Source of the DNA: Malacoraja senta
Taxonomy: Eukaryota
Assembly (NCBI GenBank): GCA_038087875.1
Contig: CM075988.1
Location: 20,400,001 to 20,464,000 of the forward strand
Direction of reading: 5' to 3'
DNA length: 64,000 nt
Made by a program: the position numbers and the translations under genes. Under the pieces are notes generated by a model that was given only the letters and a program-made list of their open reading frames with translations, ran no database searches and was not told the DNA's origin. Below, one piece after another: positions 1 to 12,737 of the stretch (within the stretch, counting starts at the first letter, position 1; each line of letters begins with the position of its first letter).

Positions 1-136
1 CGAGAACGGGTGTCAATTCTGGGTGGGTAGACTGGGCCAGCCATTATTAATGCAGAGCATGAGTCAACCACTGCTGGCAGTATTGTTCGATGCAATGTTA
101 AAAGGCTCCCTTTCAAAAACCTGTCTGTGTGTTTAT

Positions 137-610
137 ATAGAACATAGAGTACAGCGCGACAGTACAGACCCTTTTGGCCCACGATGCCCATACTAATCAT
201 GATGCCGAGACCCTTATCAGCCTACACATAACCCAGATCTCTCTGTTCCCTGCATATCTATATCCCTATCCCAAAGTATCTTGATTGCACCTCTTATATC
301 TGCCTCCACCACCACCCCTGGCAGCAATTTCCAGGCATCCCCTGAATAAAGAACCTTGCCCTGCACATCTCCTTTAAACTTTGCCCCTCTCAATTTAAAG
401 CTATGGCCTCTAGTATTTGATATTTCCATCCTGAGAAAAAGGTTCTGACTGTCTACCTCATCTGCGCCTCTCGTAATTTTATGTACTCTTGTAATCCAGG
501 CAGCATTATAGTAAACATCCTTTGCACACTTTCCAAAGCCGTCTCATCCGTCTTGTAATGGGGGAGAGCAGAACTGCACGCAATACTTCAAATGCGGCCT
601 CACCAAAGCA
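137..610 (-). mobile_element. CR1 LINE 3' fragment (degenerate)
   Basis: Minus ORF 217-429 gives SNTRGHSFKLRGAKFKGDV, the CR1 ORF2 C-terminal TRGH motif; CR1-type 3' UTR near 137-200. Confidence 0.85.
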
Positions 611-944
611 TAGACTGCTGGAGCGTGTCATGAGGCTGGATGACCAAGGGGACAGTGAAGAAATGCGGGGTGAATTAATTTGGAACAATCGTAACTAAAT
701 AACTAGATGGTGGTCAGGAATAGGTCCATAAATCCTTGTAAGTGGCTGCAGAGGGAGCAGCAAGGAAAGCAAATGTGATCCTGGGATTTATAAATAGAGG
801 CATTGAGTACAACAGCAGGAAGCTTATGTTGAACCTGGTTGTGCTCAATGTAAGTAACTCACAAAATGTTTAGAAGGATATGATCCAGGCATGGGCGAAT
901 GGTTTGGAAGAGGCATCTTGGTCGGCAGGGATATGTTGGGCTGC

Positions 945-1154
945 CAGCCTTATTTGGTTCTGGCCTTCTCTATCTTTCAGTCTGTAGCCTCCTTTTGCTC
1001 TGGTATATTATTTCGTTCTTCACATTTAAATTATAATGTTTTATTTTTAATTGTCTACTGTATATCGTGTTGTTACTTGCGAGCAAATAAACCAAGGCAA
1101 GTTTCTTGTATGTATACATATTTGGCTATTAAAATGTATTCAATTTCAATTCAA
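945..1154 (+). mobile_element. LINE 3' UTR (Rex1/Babar-like) ending in a short ATTCA-like tail
   Basis: AT-rich UTR ending ...ttaaaatgtattcaatttcaattcaa; resembles other Rex-type tails in the window. Confidence 0.45.
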
Positions 1155-1164
1155 GATGGGTTGG

Positions 1165-1483
1165 CAGCACCGTGGTGTAACGGTGGAGTTGCTGCCTTAC
1201 AGCACCAGAGACCTGGGTTCGATCCTGACTATGGGTGCTGTCTGTACAGAGTTTGTACGTTCTCCCCGTGACCTGCATGGATTTTCTCCGAGATCTTCAG
1301 TTTCCTCCCCCACACCAAAAATGTACAGGTTTGTAGGTTAATTGGCTTGTTACAAATGTAAATTGACCCTAGTGTGTGTAGGATAGTGTAAGTGTGTGGG
1401 GATCATTGGTCGGCGCGGACTCAGTGGGCTGAAGGCCCTGTTTTCGTGCTGTATCTCTAAACTAAACTAAACCAAACTAAACT
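1165..1483 (+). mobile_element. HE1-like tRNA-derived V-SINE
   Basis: A-box-like head, B box GGTTCGATCC, V-domain-like gtttgtacgttctccccgtgacc, CR1-like 3' end and (CTAAA)n tail. Confidence 0.9.
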
Positions 1484-1609
1484 GAAGAAGGGTTCTGACC
1501 CAAAACATCATCTATCCCTTTTCTCAGAGATGCTGCCTGAACCGCTGAGTTACTCCAGCATTTTGTGTCTATCTGGTATAAACCAGTGTCTGCAGTTCCT
1601 TCCTACACA
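1482..1609 (+). mobile_element. Penelope-derived short element with decayed hammerhead core
   Basis: CTGAAGAAGGGTTCTGACCCAAAAC followed by agatgctgcctgaaccgctgagttactccagca; same sequence follows the GIY-YIG fragments at 15190 and 36445. Confidence 0.8.
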
Positions 1610-2519
1610 TTTTTTCACAGTTGGTCATTGTTTGTTTCTAACAATCTCCTCTGAAATAACTCAGCAATTGACCAAGTTCAAGGAGAGTTGGGTTAGTCAA
1701 TAAAAGCTGATTTACTGATGCCTAGATCTGATGAAGACAAAGTAACTTTAGTTATGCATCACGGTTACAGATAGAGAGTCTCGTCCTATTCTTGGGCAAT
1801 GAATATGACAAGGAGTGGAAGTATGGGATGAATCATACAATATTCAAGCTTTACCTTTGTTAATTGTTTAATCAATCAATGGTACTTATGGTGACATGTA
1901 CCCAGGTGCAGTGAAGTTCCTTTTTTATAGTTCAGTAAAAATCTTCATATAAATAGGCACAATTATACTCAAGTACAGGACTGTAGTTCAAGTTTGTTAC
2001 ATTTATTGTCGCATGCACCAATTGGCACAGTGAGATTTAAATTACCATACAGCCATATGGATAAAAAGAACACAATACACGATAGAAATTTAACATGAAC
2101 ATCCCCACACAGCAGAATCAACGTTTCCCACTGTGAGGGAAGGCAATAAAGTTCAGTAAGATTTTAAATTACACTGAGGCGGTATGCAAGTGTCACCACA
2201 TTTCTGGTGCTATCATATACCCTTCAAGTTTTAAGTTGTTAAAAATATTAGCGTGTTAACTTGGCCAAGGAAGCCCTTTGTCCTGATGGCATCACTGGGT
2301 TGGAGTATTGGTTGAGTTTAGTTTATTGACACGTGTGCCGAGGTACAGTGAAACACATTTGTTGCGTGCTATCCAGTCAGTGGAAAGACTATACATGATT
2401 ACAAGGGTTATTGAAAGGCCAGTATCCTTTCTTATGGCCTTAACTACAGTTGGCCTGGAAAAATAAGCAACACATCTACTTCCTCAGAATATTGGGAAAA
2501 TTCAGTATGCTATTGAATA

Positions 2520-2915
2520 TTCTATTGGACTTCTACAGGTATATGTTAGGGAGCATACTGACTGGTTGACAAAAACGCTGGAGAAACTCAGCGGGTGCGG
2601 CAGCATCTATGGAGCGAAGGAAATTGGATACTGACTGGTTGCTGCATCATGACCTGGTTTGGTAGCTCGAATGCCCAGGAATGAAAGAGATTACAGAAAG
2701 TGGTAGAAGATTGACAAAAATGCTGGAGAAACTCAGAGGATGTGGCAGCATCTATGGAGCGAAGGAATAGGTGACGTTTTGGGTCGAGAAAGTGGTAGAT
2801 ATCACCCAGTCCATCTTGGGTACTGACCTCCCCGCCATCAAAGGGATCTACAGGAGACACTGCCTCAAAAAGGCAGTCAGCCTCTTCAGAGACCCACACC
2901 ACCCTGGCCACGCTC
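2520..2915 (+). mobile_element. Rex1/Babar LINE RT C-terminal fragment, interrupted twice
   Basis: After removing two inserts it reads approximately LDFYRYMLGSILTG.IMTWFG...RLQKVVDITQSILGTDLPAIKGIYRRHCLKKAVSLFRDPHHPGHAL. Confidence 0.8.
2569..2786 (-). mobile_element. Two separate Penelope-derived short inserts (2569-2627 and 2708-2786)
   Basis: Each is flanked by a direct repeat: ATACTGACTGGTTG (2555-2568/2628-2641) and AGAAAGTGGTAGA (2695-2707/2787-2799). Confidence 0.8.
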
Positions 2916-4339
2916 TAAAACTTTTCTAACCATGTATAGTATCTGTACAAATATCTGTAAAAATCACAATTGTATCCATTTCTATAGCTTCCTCTGGCAG
3001 CTCATTCCAGACACAAACTGCTCTCTGAGTGAAGCACTTGCCTCTCCAATGAAAGTTAACTATAAACTATTAGTTACTGTAGCTTTTTTTCAACACAACA
3101 TTTGCATTCAGAACAAAACTTACGATCGCCCTGTATTGAGTGCAGCTGCATTAAGCTATATTTTCATGATCATTTGGGCAAAATAATGTGATTAATGGCT
3201 TTCCACATATCTGCTATTTCCATTATTTTAAACACTTATTGCCAAATGTTTTGGGCGATCCCAGTAACCTTATAAAATCCAGCACAAAATTACTATTGTT
3301 TGCTTTGGTCCACAGACTGACCCCTGACACATTTAATATCAATCAGCTCCTTGGTTAACTGCACCCCTGTTTAATTCAGCTCTGCACAATGCCCACAGGG
3401 CATTTTCATCAGCTGCCATAAATTCAGATTAAAGCTGTTCCAAAAAAGTGACATTTACGCTTTTAAAAATATTTCTCATCTTGCACACCACTGTATTACG
3501 GTTTCTGCTTGTGCCGCATGTAATGATCCATGCTGTGAATGCTAATGTTATATATTGCTGACTTAATTGAATATAAAATAGATTTGTGCTTGTTGCACCC
3601 ATTAGCTTGTAATTAATTATGTGTCTGCTGGCCTTTTACAGCTGCTTTCCTGTTCTGCACACTACAAACTTTGACTTGTCAGTGCGATTTCTTACTTATT
3701 ATGGGTCTGACACCTTTATAAACAGCGATCAGAACAGACAAATTCCAGCACCATGCTCTCAACTGTTTATGCTACAAAATGGCCATGATGTCAGAGTCAC
3801 CTGTGGTCAGCAGGTGTAAGTGACACTGATCCCGGTCAGAAATGAAAACATTAAGGGGAACCGTGCACCTTTCACTGAGGGAGGTGTTCTTCGAGTCAGT
3901 TAAAAAGCTTATGGTCAACTTAACTTGCCTCCTTTTACTTTGCCGAGTTTCGATTTCCTCGAAAGAATATAATTTGTTGTTTTTTCCCCTACGTCCCATT
4001 ACTCCGTTCATTATAGCCCTGGAACTAGCAACAACAACTGGACTTGGGCAGCATCCATAACAGCCACTTGAGGTGGCCTACAGAAGAGCAATGAGACAGG
4101 AGTTGACACTGAACCAGGGGGATATTCTCTGGGATAACACTGTCCCAGATTTCATTTGATTCCGTGAAAGCTGCCAGGATGTGTGTGGAACAAGGGCACA
4201 GAGACCTTCCCTGGTTCTGCCTCCCCCCTCTCCTCCCCTAGCTTTACACATCAAAATAACATCCCGTGCAAGCTTTCTTTCAAACTGTTGCTGCTTATGG
4301 TTTTACAAAAGGCACAATGTTTAAGGTCAACAGGAGGCC

Positions 4340-4692
4340 ATCAATATCAATATCAATCAATATCAGTTTTATTTGTCACTTGCACATAAAGTGCAAGTGA
4401 AATGAATTTGCCAGCAGCGGTACAATGATAAAGAACACACAAAAACACAATAACAATTGAACACAAACATCCACCACAGCATTCATCACTGTGGTGGAAG
4501 GTACAGAATTTGGCCAGTCCTCCTCCATTTCCCCCTGTGGTCGGGACCTCAACCATCCGCAGCCGCCGCTGCGGGCGTCCAGATGAGTAGACAAGGTAAT
4601 GTCCCGGTAAGTCCAGAATCGGTGCTTCCCCACCGGAGACCACGGCTTCAGGTTGGTGTAGGCTGCAGGCCGGCGGTCGAAGATCTAAAGTC
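4340..4692 (-). mobile_element. Non-coding retroposon with GC-rich body, 3' stem-loops and (ATTGAT)n tail
   Basis: Close copy at 33966-34244 on the opposite strand; 9-bp stems at 4377-4399 and 4471-4497. Confidence 0.75.
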
Positions 4693-4954
4693 ATAGATAG
4701 AAGCTCAAACAGAACACAAAGTGCTGGGGGAGGGGGGGAATCTCAGCGGGTATGGCAGCATTTCAGGATGGAATGGATAGACAATGTTTTGAGTTAGGAC
4801 TCTCCCTCAGACTGATGCAGTCTGGGGCAGAACATGGTCGAATAGCAGGAATCACAGAGGGGGAGCAGTGAGAGAGGATCTCACAGAACTTCCACCTGAG
4901 AGGGGAGAAGAATGTCTTCAAGGTAGGCATACTTTCACAGTGGAGCAGTAAAAT

Positions 4955-6198
4955 GGAGACAGAAACTACAGATACTGGAATCTTGAGCAAAACACAAGAT
5001 GCTGGAGGAACTCAATGGGTCAGGCAGCACCTTCTATTAGTCCCGAACCAAAACAGCATCTGTCCACTCCCTCCACACATAGACAATAGACGATAGACAA
5101 TAGGTGCAGGAGTAGGACATTTGACCCTTCGAGCCAGCACCGCCATTCAATGTGATCATGGCTGACCATCTACAAACAGTACCCCGTTCCCGCCTTCTCC
5201 CCATATCCCCTGACTATCTTTAAGACCCCTATCTAGCTCTCTCTTGGAAGTATCCGGGGAACCGGCCTCCACCGCCCTCTGAGGCAGAGAATTCTACAGA
5301 CTCACAACTCTCTGTGTGAAAAAATGTTTCCTCATCTCCATTCTAAATGGCATACCCCTTATTCTGAAACTGTGGTCCCTGGTTCTAGACTCCACCAACA
5401 TCGGGAACATGTTTCCTGCCTCTCGCGTGTCCAAACCCTTAATAATCTTATATGTTTCAATAAGATCCCCTCTCAACCTTCTAAACTCCGGAGTATACAA
5501 GCCCAGCTGCTCCATTCTCTCAGCATATGACAGTCCCGCCATCCCAGTAATTAACCTGGTGAACCTATGCTGCACTCCCTCAATAGCAAGAATGTCCTTC
5601 CTCAAATTTGGAGACCAAAACTGCACACAATACTCCAGGTGTGGCCTCACTAGGGCCCTGTACAACTGCAGAAGGACCTCTTTGCTCCTATACTCAACTC
5701 CTCTTGTTATGAAGGCCAACATGCCATTCACTTTCTTCACTGCCTGCTGTACCTGCATGCCTACTTTCATTGACTGATGAACAAGGACCCCCAGATCCCG
5801 TTGTACTTACCCTTTTCCCAACGACACAATTTAGATAATAATCTGCCTTCCTGTTTTGCTACCAAAGTGGATAACCTCACATTTATCCATATTAAACTGC
5901 ATCTGCCATGCATCTGCCCACTCACGCAACCTGTCCAAGTCACCCTGCATTCTCATAGCATCCTCCTCGCTGGTCACACTGCCTCCCAGCTTTGTGTCAT
6001 CTGCAAATTTGCTAATGTTACTTTGAATCCCTTCATCTAAATCATTGATGTATATTGTAAATAGCTGCGGTCCCAGCACCGAGCCTTGCGGTACCCCACT
6101 CGTCACTGCCTGCCTGACAGGTGTTGCCTGACCCACTGAGTTCGTCCAGCACTTTGCGTTTTGCTCAAAATTCCAGCATCTGCAATTTCTTGTGTCTG
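4955..6198. mobile_element. Palindromic Penelope-derived element split by a CR1 insertion
   Basis: Left arm ~4955-5030, right arm starts ~5040, is cut at ~5077 by CR1 and resumes at ~6117 (caggtgttgcctgacccactgag...ccagcatctgcaatttcttgtgtct). Confidence 0.65.
5078..6113 (-). mobile_element. CR1 LINE 3' ~1 kb, (CTATTGT)n-tail subfamily
   Basis: ORFs give [36 protein letters not shown] and LVRPHLEYCVQFWSP; tail agacaatagac. Confidence 0.95.
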
Positions 6199-6866
6199 CA
6201 ATTAAATGCCCAGTTTGATTGAAAATTAACTGTTGAATGGCCATGGGTTAATTAGCATCTAACAATCATAGTTCACCTCCTCTCTTTGGCAGGAACGATA
6301 TCTATAGAGTGTACTGCTGTTATACATGAAGCCTAATCCAATAGCATTTCGTGACCATGTGGCATATATCACCAAGTACCAACATCATGGGACACAATTA
6401 TGACAATGGAATCCTTCACATCCCACACGGTCCTGACTTGCTATGATCTTTTATTGCCAGTGGGATTATCTACCCAACAAAGTCAAGAGTTGTATCTACA
6501 CAAAGTTGAAGATTCATCGTCATCAATTGAGGGCGTTCTGGGATTGACAAGTACACAAAGTGCACAGATCTCACAGCAGCTAGCAAGAGGAAATAGAAAT
6601 AGTTAAAATGAATTGTGTTAAGATTGTCTATTTCCACCAGTGAGCAACTAGCAAATGACTTGGAAATTGTCAGACATGTTCCCAACATGAAAGAGCAGAT
6701 TGTTTCAACCATCAGCCTCTCAAATGCAGCCAAACATTCCTGACCCCATCAGTATGACTCATTTTATTACTAACTCTTTGATTCTTAAACCAGCCAATTG
6801 TTTCAATATACAGTGCCTGCCAAAATTCTATTGACCTTTGGAGCCTGGACCATTGATCATGGTCAC

Positions 6867-7352
6867 AAACAAAGAGGTAGGCTGTCAAATAATACAGCGG
6901 GATATAGATCAGCTACAGAAAAGGGCGGATAAATGGCAAATGGAGTTTACTCCGAGCAAGTGTGAGGTGTTGCGCATGGGATGTCAAATATAAGGGGAAA
7001 TTATACAATTAATGGCATGACCCTTAACAGAATTGTACAAATGGATCTTGGGCTCCCAGTCCATAACTCCTTGAATGTGGCAACGCAAGCAGATAGAATG
7101 GTAAAGAAGGTATCTGGTTTGCTTGCTTTCATAGGTCAGGGCATTGAATATAAGAGGCAGGAAGTTATTATGCAGCTTTATAGGACTTTCGTTGCATTAG
7201 GAATATGGTGTGCAGTTCTGGTTGGATATGGATGGATAGGCAGGGAATGGAGGAATATGGGTTATGTGAAGGGAAAGAGATTGTCTGCATCATGTTTGGC
7301 ACAGACATTGTGGGATGAAGGGCCTATTCTTGTGCTGTACTGTTCTATGTTT
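6867..7352 (+). mobile_element. Degenerate CR1 RT fragment with internal deletion
   Basis: Reads IQRDIDQLQKRADKWQMEF..KCEVL and GIEYKRQEVIMQLYRT, then jumps to the 3' UTR. Confidence 0.8.
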
Positions 7353-7879
7353 GATATTACAAAGCTTAAATGTCTTAATTGCATGTGGGAGGAAAGGCAT
7401 AACATTGTTATCCATGCACTTCCAAAGGTGACTGGCAGACTTTCGAGGGTAGTTCAAGGAATGAGCTCCACTGTGCTCTTGAGTTCTATCTCAGCCTCAG
7501 TCCCTTCAAGCCTGCCAATCATTCTTCGGTAGCTGAGATTGTAACACTTAGCATTTTTGGAATTCTGTCACCTTTAAATAAAGTCTTTGTTTTTTTTTTC
7601 ATTCGGCTGATTTTTTTCATTAGTTTTGTGTTTTTGAAAGCACAACTGTGTGCAGCTGGAGGGAACTATAACGTGGACAGATGGCTCTCAGACCCGACCT
7701 TGGTGCTCACTGAGAATGCAGACAGAAGCCAAATGATTTGCAAGCCATTTCCAATGGTGAAACCCTGATGCTTTTCAAGACTGAGTGTAAGCTACAGAAA
7801 CCTTGCCCAGACGGCGAGAGATAACACACTGTTTGAATACAGGAAGGACAAGGTAATGGTAGGAATGGCACTCTCTCTG

Positions 7880-8150
7880 GGGGAAAAGATTTAATAGCAA
7901 TCTGAGGGGTAACTTTTTCACACAAAGAGTGGTGGGTGTATGGAACAAGTTGCCAGAGGAGGTAGTTGAGGCTGGGACTAGTCCCAAGATTTATGAAACA
8001 GTTAGACAGGTACATGGATAGGACAGGTTTGGAGGAATATGGACCAAACGCAGGCAGGTGGGACTAGTGTCTCTGGAACATGTTAGCTGGTGTGGGCAGG
8101 TTGGCTGAAGGGCCTCTTTCCACTCTGCATCACTCTATGACTATGACTCT
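7880..8150 (+). mobile_element. CR1 3' end
   Basis: ttcacacaaagagtggtgggtgtatggaac (FTQRVVGVWN); tail ctctatgactatgact. Confidence 0.85.
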
Positions 8151-8649
8151 CTTGGAGACGCAAGAACAGTGTGCAAAGTTCACCTCTGCTATTCCATTTT
8201 AGATTGAGAAATTATGTTCGTAAAAACAGCTGCAAAAGCTTTTGTGTTCCTGGCAGACATGATTAGGTTTGGCTTAAGGGTGAGAAACTCTCCTGGCACC
8301 AATCTGGTCATCATTGTGTAGAGAACTTGTGTACCAGCCATGTCTCCGGGAAGTAGCAGCGGGCAGGAGCTGGCATGGAGAGAGAGAGTTATTCTTCTCT
8401 AGCCCGTTGACACTAAACACACAACTCCTTTGTGAAAAAATTGCTAGGCAAGCTGTTTTCTGTTTATTTACAAATGCACAATGCAATCTCATTCAAAGCC
8501 AGCATCACATTCCTTCAATCACCACTGTTCCAACAGAACATTACACAGATTTCAGCAGCACTGCCTTAGCTTTCTCGTTGCTCTCCGACAATCTGGCTTG
8601 AACATTGACGTGAGTCAATTGTCTCTGTATCCCCAGAGTTAGAATGAGA

Positions 8650-8940
8650 TTTAGTTTAGAGATGCCGAGATACAGCGTGGAAACAGGCCCTTTGGCCCTC
8701 CGAGTCCGTGCCGACCAGCGACCCCCCCCCCACCCACACAAACACTATCTTACACACTAGGGACAGTTTACAATTTTACCAAGCCAATTAGCACACAGCC
8801 TGTACGTCTTTGGAGTGTGGGAGGGAACCGGTGCACCTGGAGTAAACCCACACAGCCCCCTTGCAGACAGCAACCATAGTCAGGATCGAACCTGTGTCTC
8901 TGGCACTGTAAGGCAGCAACAGTACCGCTGCACCACCCTG
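8650..8940 (-). mobile_element. HE1-like V-SINE
   Basis: Reverse complement of the SINE at 1165, with tail tttagtttagaga and an internal deletion. Confidence 0.85.
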
Positions 8941-9689
8941 TTTAGATGGAATTCGAGGGAAGCTAGGCTGCTGTTTGGAGTGTCAAATCTCGGAGCTGCA
9001 AGAGGCACAGTGATGACACGAGGATTGGGTTCATAGGTTGTCAATCCTCACTGTTGCTGTTGCTGGCAGTCTGACCATTTACTGTTTTAATTTCAGGCCA
9101 AATCATCAGTAATATTATGGAGACTACCTCTGCCCTACTTGACTCCATTTGCCAGTCAACCCCGCCCCACCTAGAACCAGCTCTTGCCCCACACTTCCCC
9201 TCATCTCCATATATTGCCTACTTCCCCTCTGCTCTTTCAATCCAGCTGAAGGGTCACAATTCGAAACATCCACTTCCCTCCACAGATGCTGCCCAACCTG
9301 TTGAGTTCATTTGTTGCAGCAGATGTAGCATGCCACAATTTTGTGAGTACTCTTCCAAGACTGGCCTTTCAGTTGCTCTGGAAAAATGCCATACAAAACC
9401 TTTTTGCAATTATCAATTCTTTGATGTGGCTGTGATGAGCATTTAAAGCATTAGATGAGGTGCACTCTGCAACTGTGTGAGGTAATGCATTTGGGGAAGA
9501 TTAACAAGGCAGTGGAAATATGAAGCATGGCAGGCTGTTAAGAAGTGTGATGGATCAGAATGTCCACAAGCCACATTCTCATTTCTCTGTTACCATCAGG
9601 AAGAAGGTAGACAGGAGCCTGAGAACCAAGACCTCAAAGTTGTTCTTGGACACTGAACAACACTAACCCCAACACTATGATCCTATATA

Positions 9690-9945
9690 GACTTTAGAGA
9701 TACAGCGTGAAAACTAGCCTCTTTGACCCAATGAGTCCGAGCCGACCAGTTATCATCCCATACACTAGCACTCTCCTACATACTAGCGACAATTTAAATT
9801 TTACAGAAGCCAATTAATCTACAAACCTGTACGTTTTTGGAGTGTGGGAGGAAACTGTAGCACCCGGAGAAAACTCATGTGGCCACAGGGTGTACGTGCA
9901 AACTCCATACAGACAGCACCCACAGTCAGGATCGACCGTGTCTTT
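9690..9945 (-). mobile_element. HE1-like V-SINE inserted into a Rex1/Babar 3' end (~9570-10207, plus strand)
   Basis: SINE motifs; left flank reads LPSGRR..SLRTKTS, right flank ends in a gactctt tail. Confidence 0.75.
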
Positions 9946-10745
9946 GGTTGCACGGCGGACTTTGTGTTTGCACTATTATGGTTACATAGTATTATGGTTA
10001 TTAATATATTGTAGTTTTGATGATCATATATTTAAGTCAAGAGTGTTTTATTGTCATATGTCCCAGATAGAACAATGAAATTCCTACTTGCTCACTACTA
10101 ACTTACTAATTGTGTGTTACTACATTTACGGGCCTGTTATGCTGCAGGAAGTAAGAATTTAAATGTTACGTTGCTGGTACGTATGACATTTAAACACTCT
10201 TGACTCTTGATCATTTGGGACATCGTTCCCCATCTGATTTTCAAGTATAGAGTGTCCCAGGGCAGTGAACCTGGAAAAACAACCCTTATGCTTGGCTCTC
10301 TTTCCATCAGATATCAGGAGACTGGTTTTCGCTGTTTAGATTGTGGGTTAAAATATTCTGTTTACATTTCTGCAATGGGAATTCACTAATGAGTTGAAAT
10401 TTGTAACATAACTTGTAACACAGTTCAAAGGGGGGATAGAATCACTGAAGACAGATAGCCAAAATTAGAAGTTCAGACTGGGATCAGACCTTCAGTTTAG
10501 TTTAGTTTATTATTGCCTCGTGTACCAAAAATGTACAGTGTACAGTGAAAAGTGTACTCGTGTACAGTGAAAAGCTTCATTGTTGTCTACTATCCAGGCA
10601 GCGAAAAGATGATACATGATTATAATTAAGCTGTTCACAGTGTACAGATAGAGGGAACCGAACAGGTTTGAACCAAGCACAAATTGATTGTAAAAAGAGA
10701 AATCATTGTCTAAAATTGCTGGGATCTCATCAAGTCTCATACAGG

Positions 10746-11066
10746 GTGACACAGTGGCGCAGTGGTAGAATTGCTGCCTCACAATGCTGGAGACACAGGT
10801 TTGATCCTGACCACGGGTGCTGTCTGTGTGGAGTTTGTGTGTTCTCCCTGTGACCGCGTGAGTTTTCTCCGGTTGCTCCAGTTTCCTCCCACATTCCAAA
10901 GATGTAAGGTTGTGTAGGTCAATTGTTTTTTTTGTATATTGCCCCTAGTGTGTAGGATGCGAAAGTGGGATAACATAGAACTAGTGTACAGGTGATCGAT
11001 GCTCGGCATGGACTCGGTGGGCCGAAGGGCCTGTTTCCACGCTGTATCTCTAAATTAAACTGAACT
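10746..11066 (+). mobile_element. HE1-like V-SINE, full length
   Basis: gtggcgcagtggtaga A box, ggtttgatcc B box, V-domain, tail ctaaattaaactgaact. Confidence 0.9.
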
Positions 11067-11235
11067 ATGGGTTTAAGTTAACATGGACAGTACAATTATG
11101 GCTGCAGTCAGCATTATCTCTGTCTCATAAGATATTCAGCTACTGGGAACCTATAACAACTTTCTGCAATTTATTATTTATTAAACGATTTGATATTATT
11201 GCTAAGATGTTCTGGGAAAAATGAGTAATTAACCA

Positions 11236-11364
11236 GTCTGCAGAAGGGTCCCGACCAGAAACATCACCTATGCATTTTTTCTTGATGCTGCCTGACCCGC
11301 TGAGTTACTGCAGCACTTTGTGTTCTATGCAAGATTCCAGCATCTGCCATTCCTTGTGTCTCTC
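11236..11364 (+). mobile_element. Penelope-derived short element
   Basis: Decayed hammerhead core; TSD ATTAACCA at 11228-11235 and 11365-11372. Confidence 0.8.
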
Positions 11365-12664
11365 ATTAACCAATACGTTTCATGATCTCACCATGAATTA
11401 TGATCACATCACCTTATTGACACTATCGCCGATTAATTTATGACATTTAGTGACCGATAAATCTTAAATTGGTGTAAAAATGCTAAGTTTAGTTGCTATT
11501 ACCCTTTCCTGTCAGATGCTGTTAGACTCACCTGTGGTTCTGGGGGTCTGCATGCTTCACTGAAAGGCTTATTTTGGCATAAAGTGATCCCGGTGGAATG
11601 AAACCTCAGCCAGGCACTATTAAGGAACTTCTTGTTCCCGCTGACGTTACCAAGAGCTGAAGATTTAGGAATAGTTGGCACGGACCCATGTTCTACGTAA
11701 TACCAACCTGCTGTATGCTAATTGAAGCTCAGCTTTTCCATTGATTCATGGACTTAATATTTCTGTAAGAGCTGTTCGGTTCCTTCCTCCAAGCACCCTG
11801 CAACCAGTAAGGAATGCTCAGGGAGGTGGAGCCATTACCAGGTTCTCGCATAGGAACTGTATTAAAGTCTCTACCTCACCCTAGTCCCTCACTTAAATGG
11901 AGGAAGTTGGCATACGGTGAAAAGTACAGTGTCACACAGTACATTAGCTGAACGCTGACATCATGATCTACCTTATACACGCCAAGTGGCGCGCTCAAAC
12001 TTGGGTTTTGTTAATTGTTTTTAAAAATACATTATATATCTGAACTCAAATTACATCATCCTAACTGTGATCTTGCATGAACATTTTAATGATTTTTTTG
12101 GCTGCTTTAACGGCTACTTACTTGATCCCACTGGTGAAGATTAAGTAGCTAAATTAAACCTGTTCTTTTAAATGTAGTTTGCTTACAATAGAGAAGATTT
12201 ATGAATAACTTTTATTAATATTCAAAGAATTTGTGTAAGCAGACATTTTTAAAAGTTCAGTTTAAAATGAAGTTTAGTTTAAGGTATTCGGTGCATTTCT
12301 GAATCTTCCTCAGGAGGTGCTTTGAAAGACTTTTTCTTGGTGGGGTCACTGTAAACACATTGAGTAACCATGCTCTCTGGATGAAAGTGAATTAATCCTG
12401 GGGACACAAGAAAGTGCTGATGCTGGAATCCTGGAGCAGAACACAAATTGTGGTAAGAACCCTCCGCAGATGCTGCCTGCCTGACCCATTGCACTCCTCC
12501 AGCACTTTCTGCTTTGCTCAATCAATCCTCGGATGGGTTGAGCCATGGAGAGTAAGCAAGAAGATCCTGAATTTGATCTCTCTATGTTTGAAGTGATTGA
12601 GTTTGAATGTCTCACTATTGTAAGGGAATCTCAATGCAGTCTTCTTCTTATTAACTGATAGATT

Positions 12665-12692
12665 TGTGTGTGTGTGTGTGTGCGCGCGCGCA
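12665..12692. repeat. (TG)n(CG)n microsatellite
   Basis: Alternating purine-pyrimidine run read directly. Confidence 0.9.
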
Positions 12693-12737
12693 TGGGTAGA
12701 TGTGAGGGCCTAACCTGAATTATCCTTTCCCCAAGTT

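Noticed and set aside
1165..1240. tRNA-like sequences with A and B boxes
   Set aside because: SINE heads that continue into the V-domain; no complete cloverleaf
6400..6733. Short overlapping ORFs in unique DNA
   Set aside because: No recognisable homology or consistent splice signals
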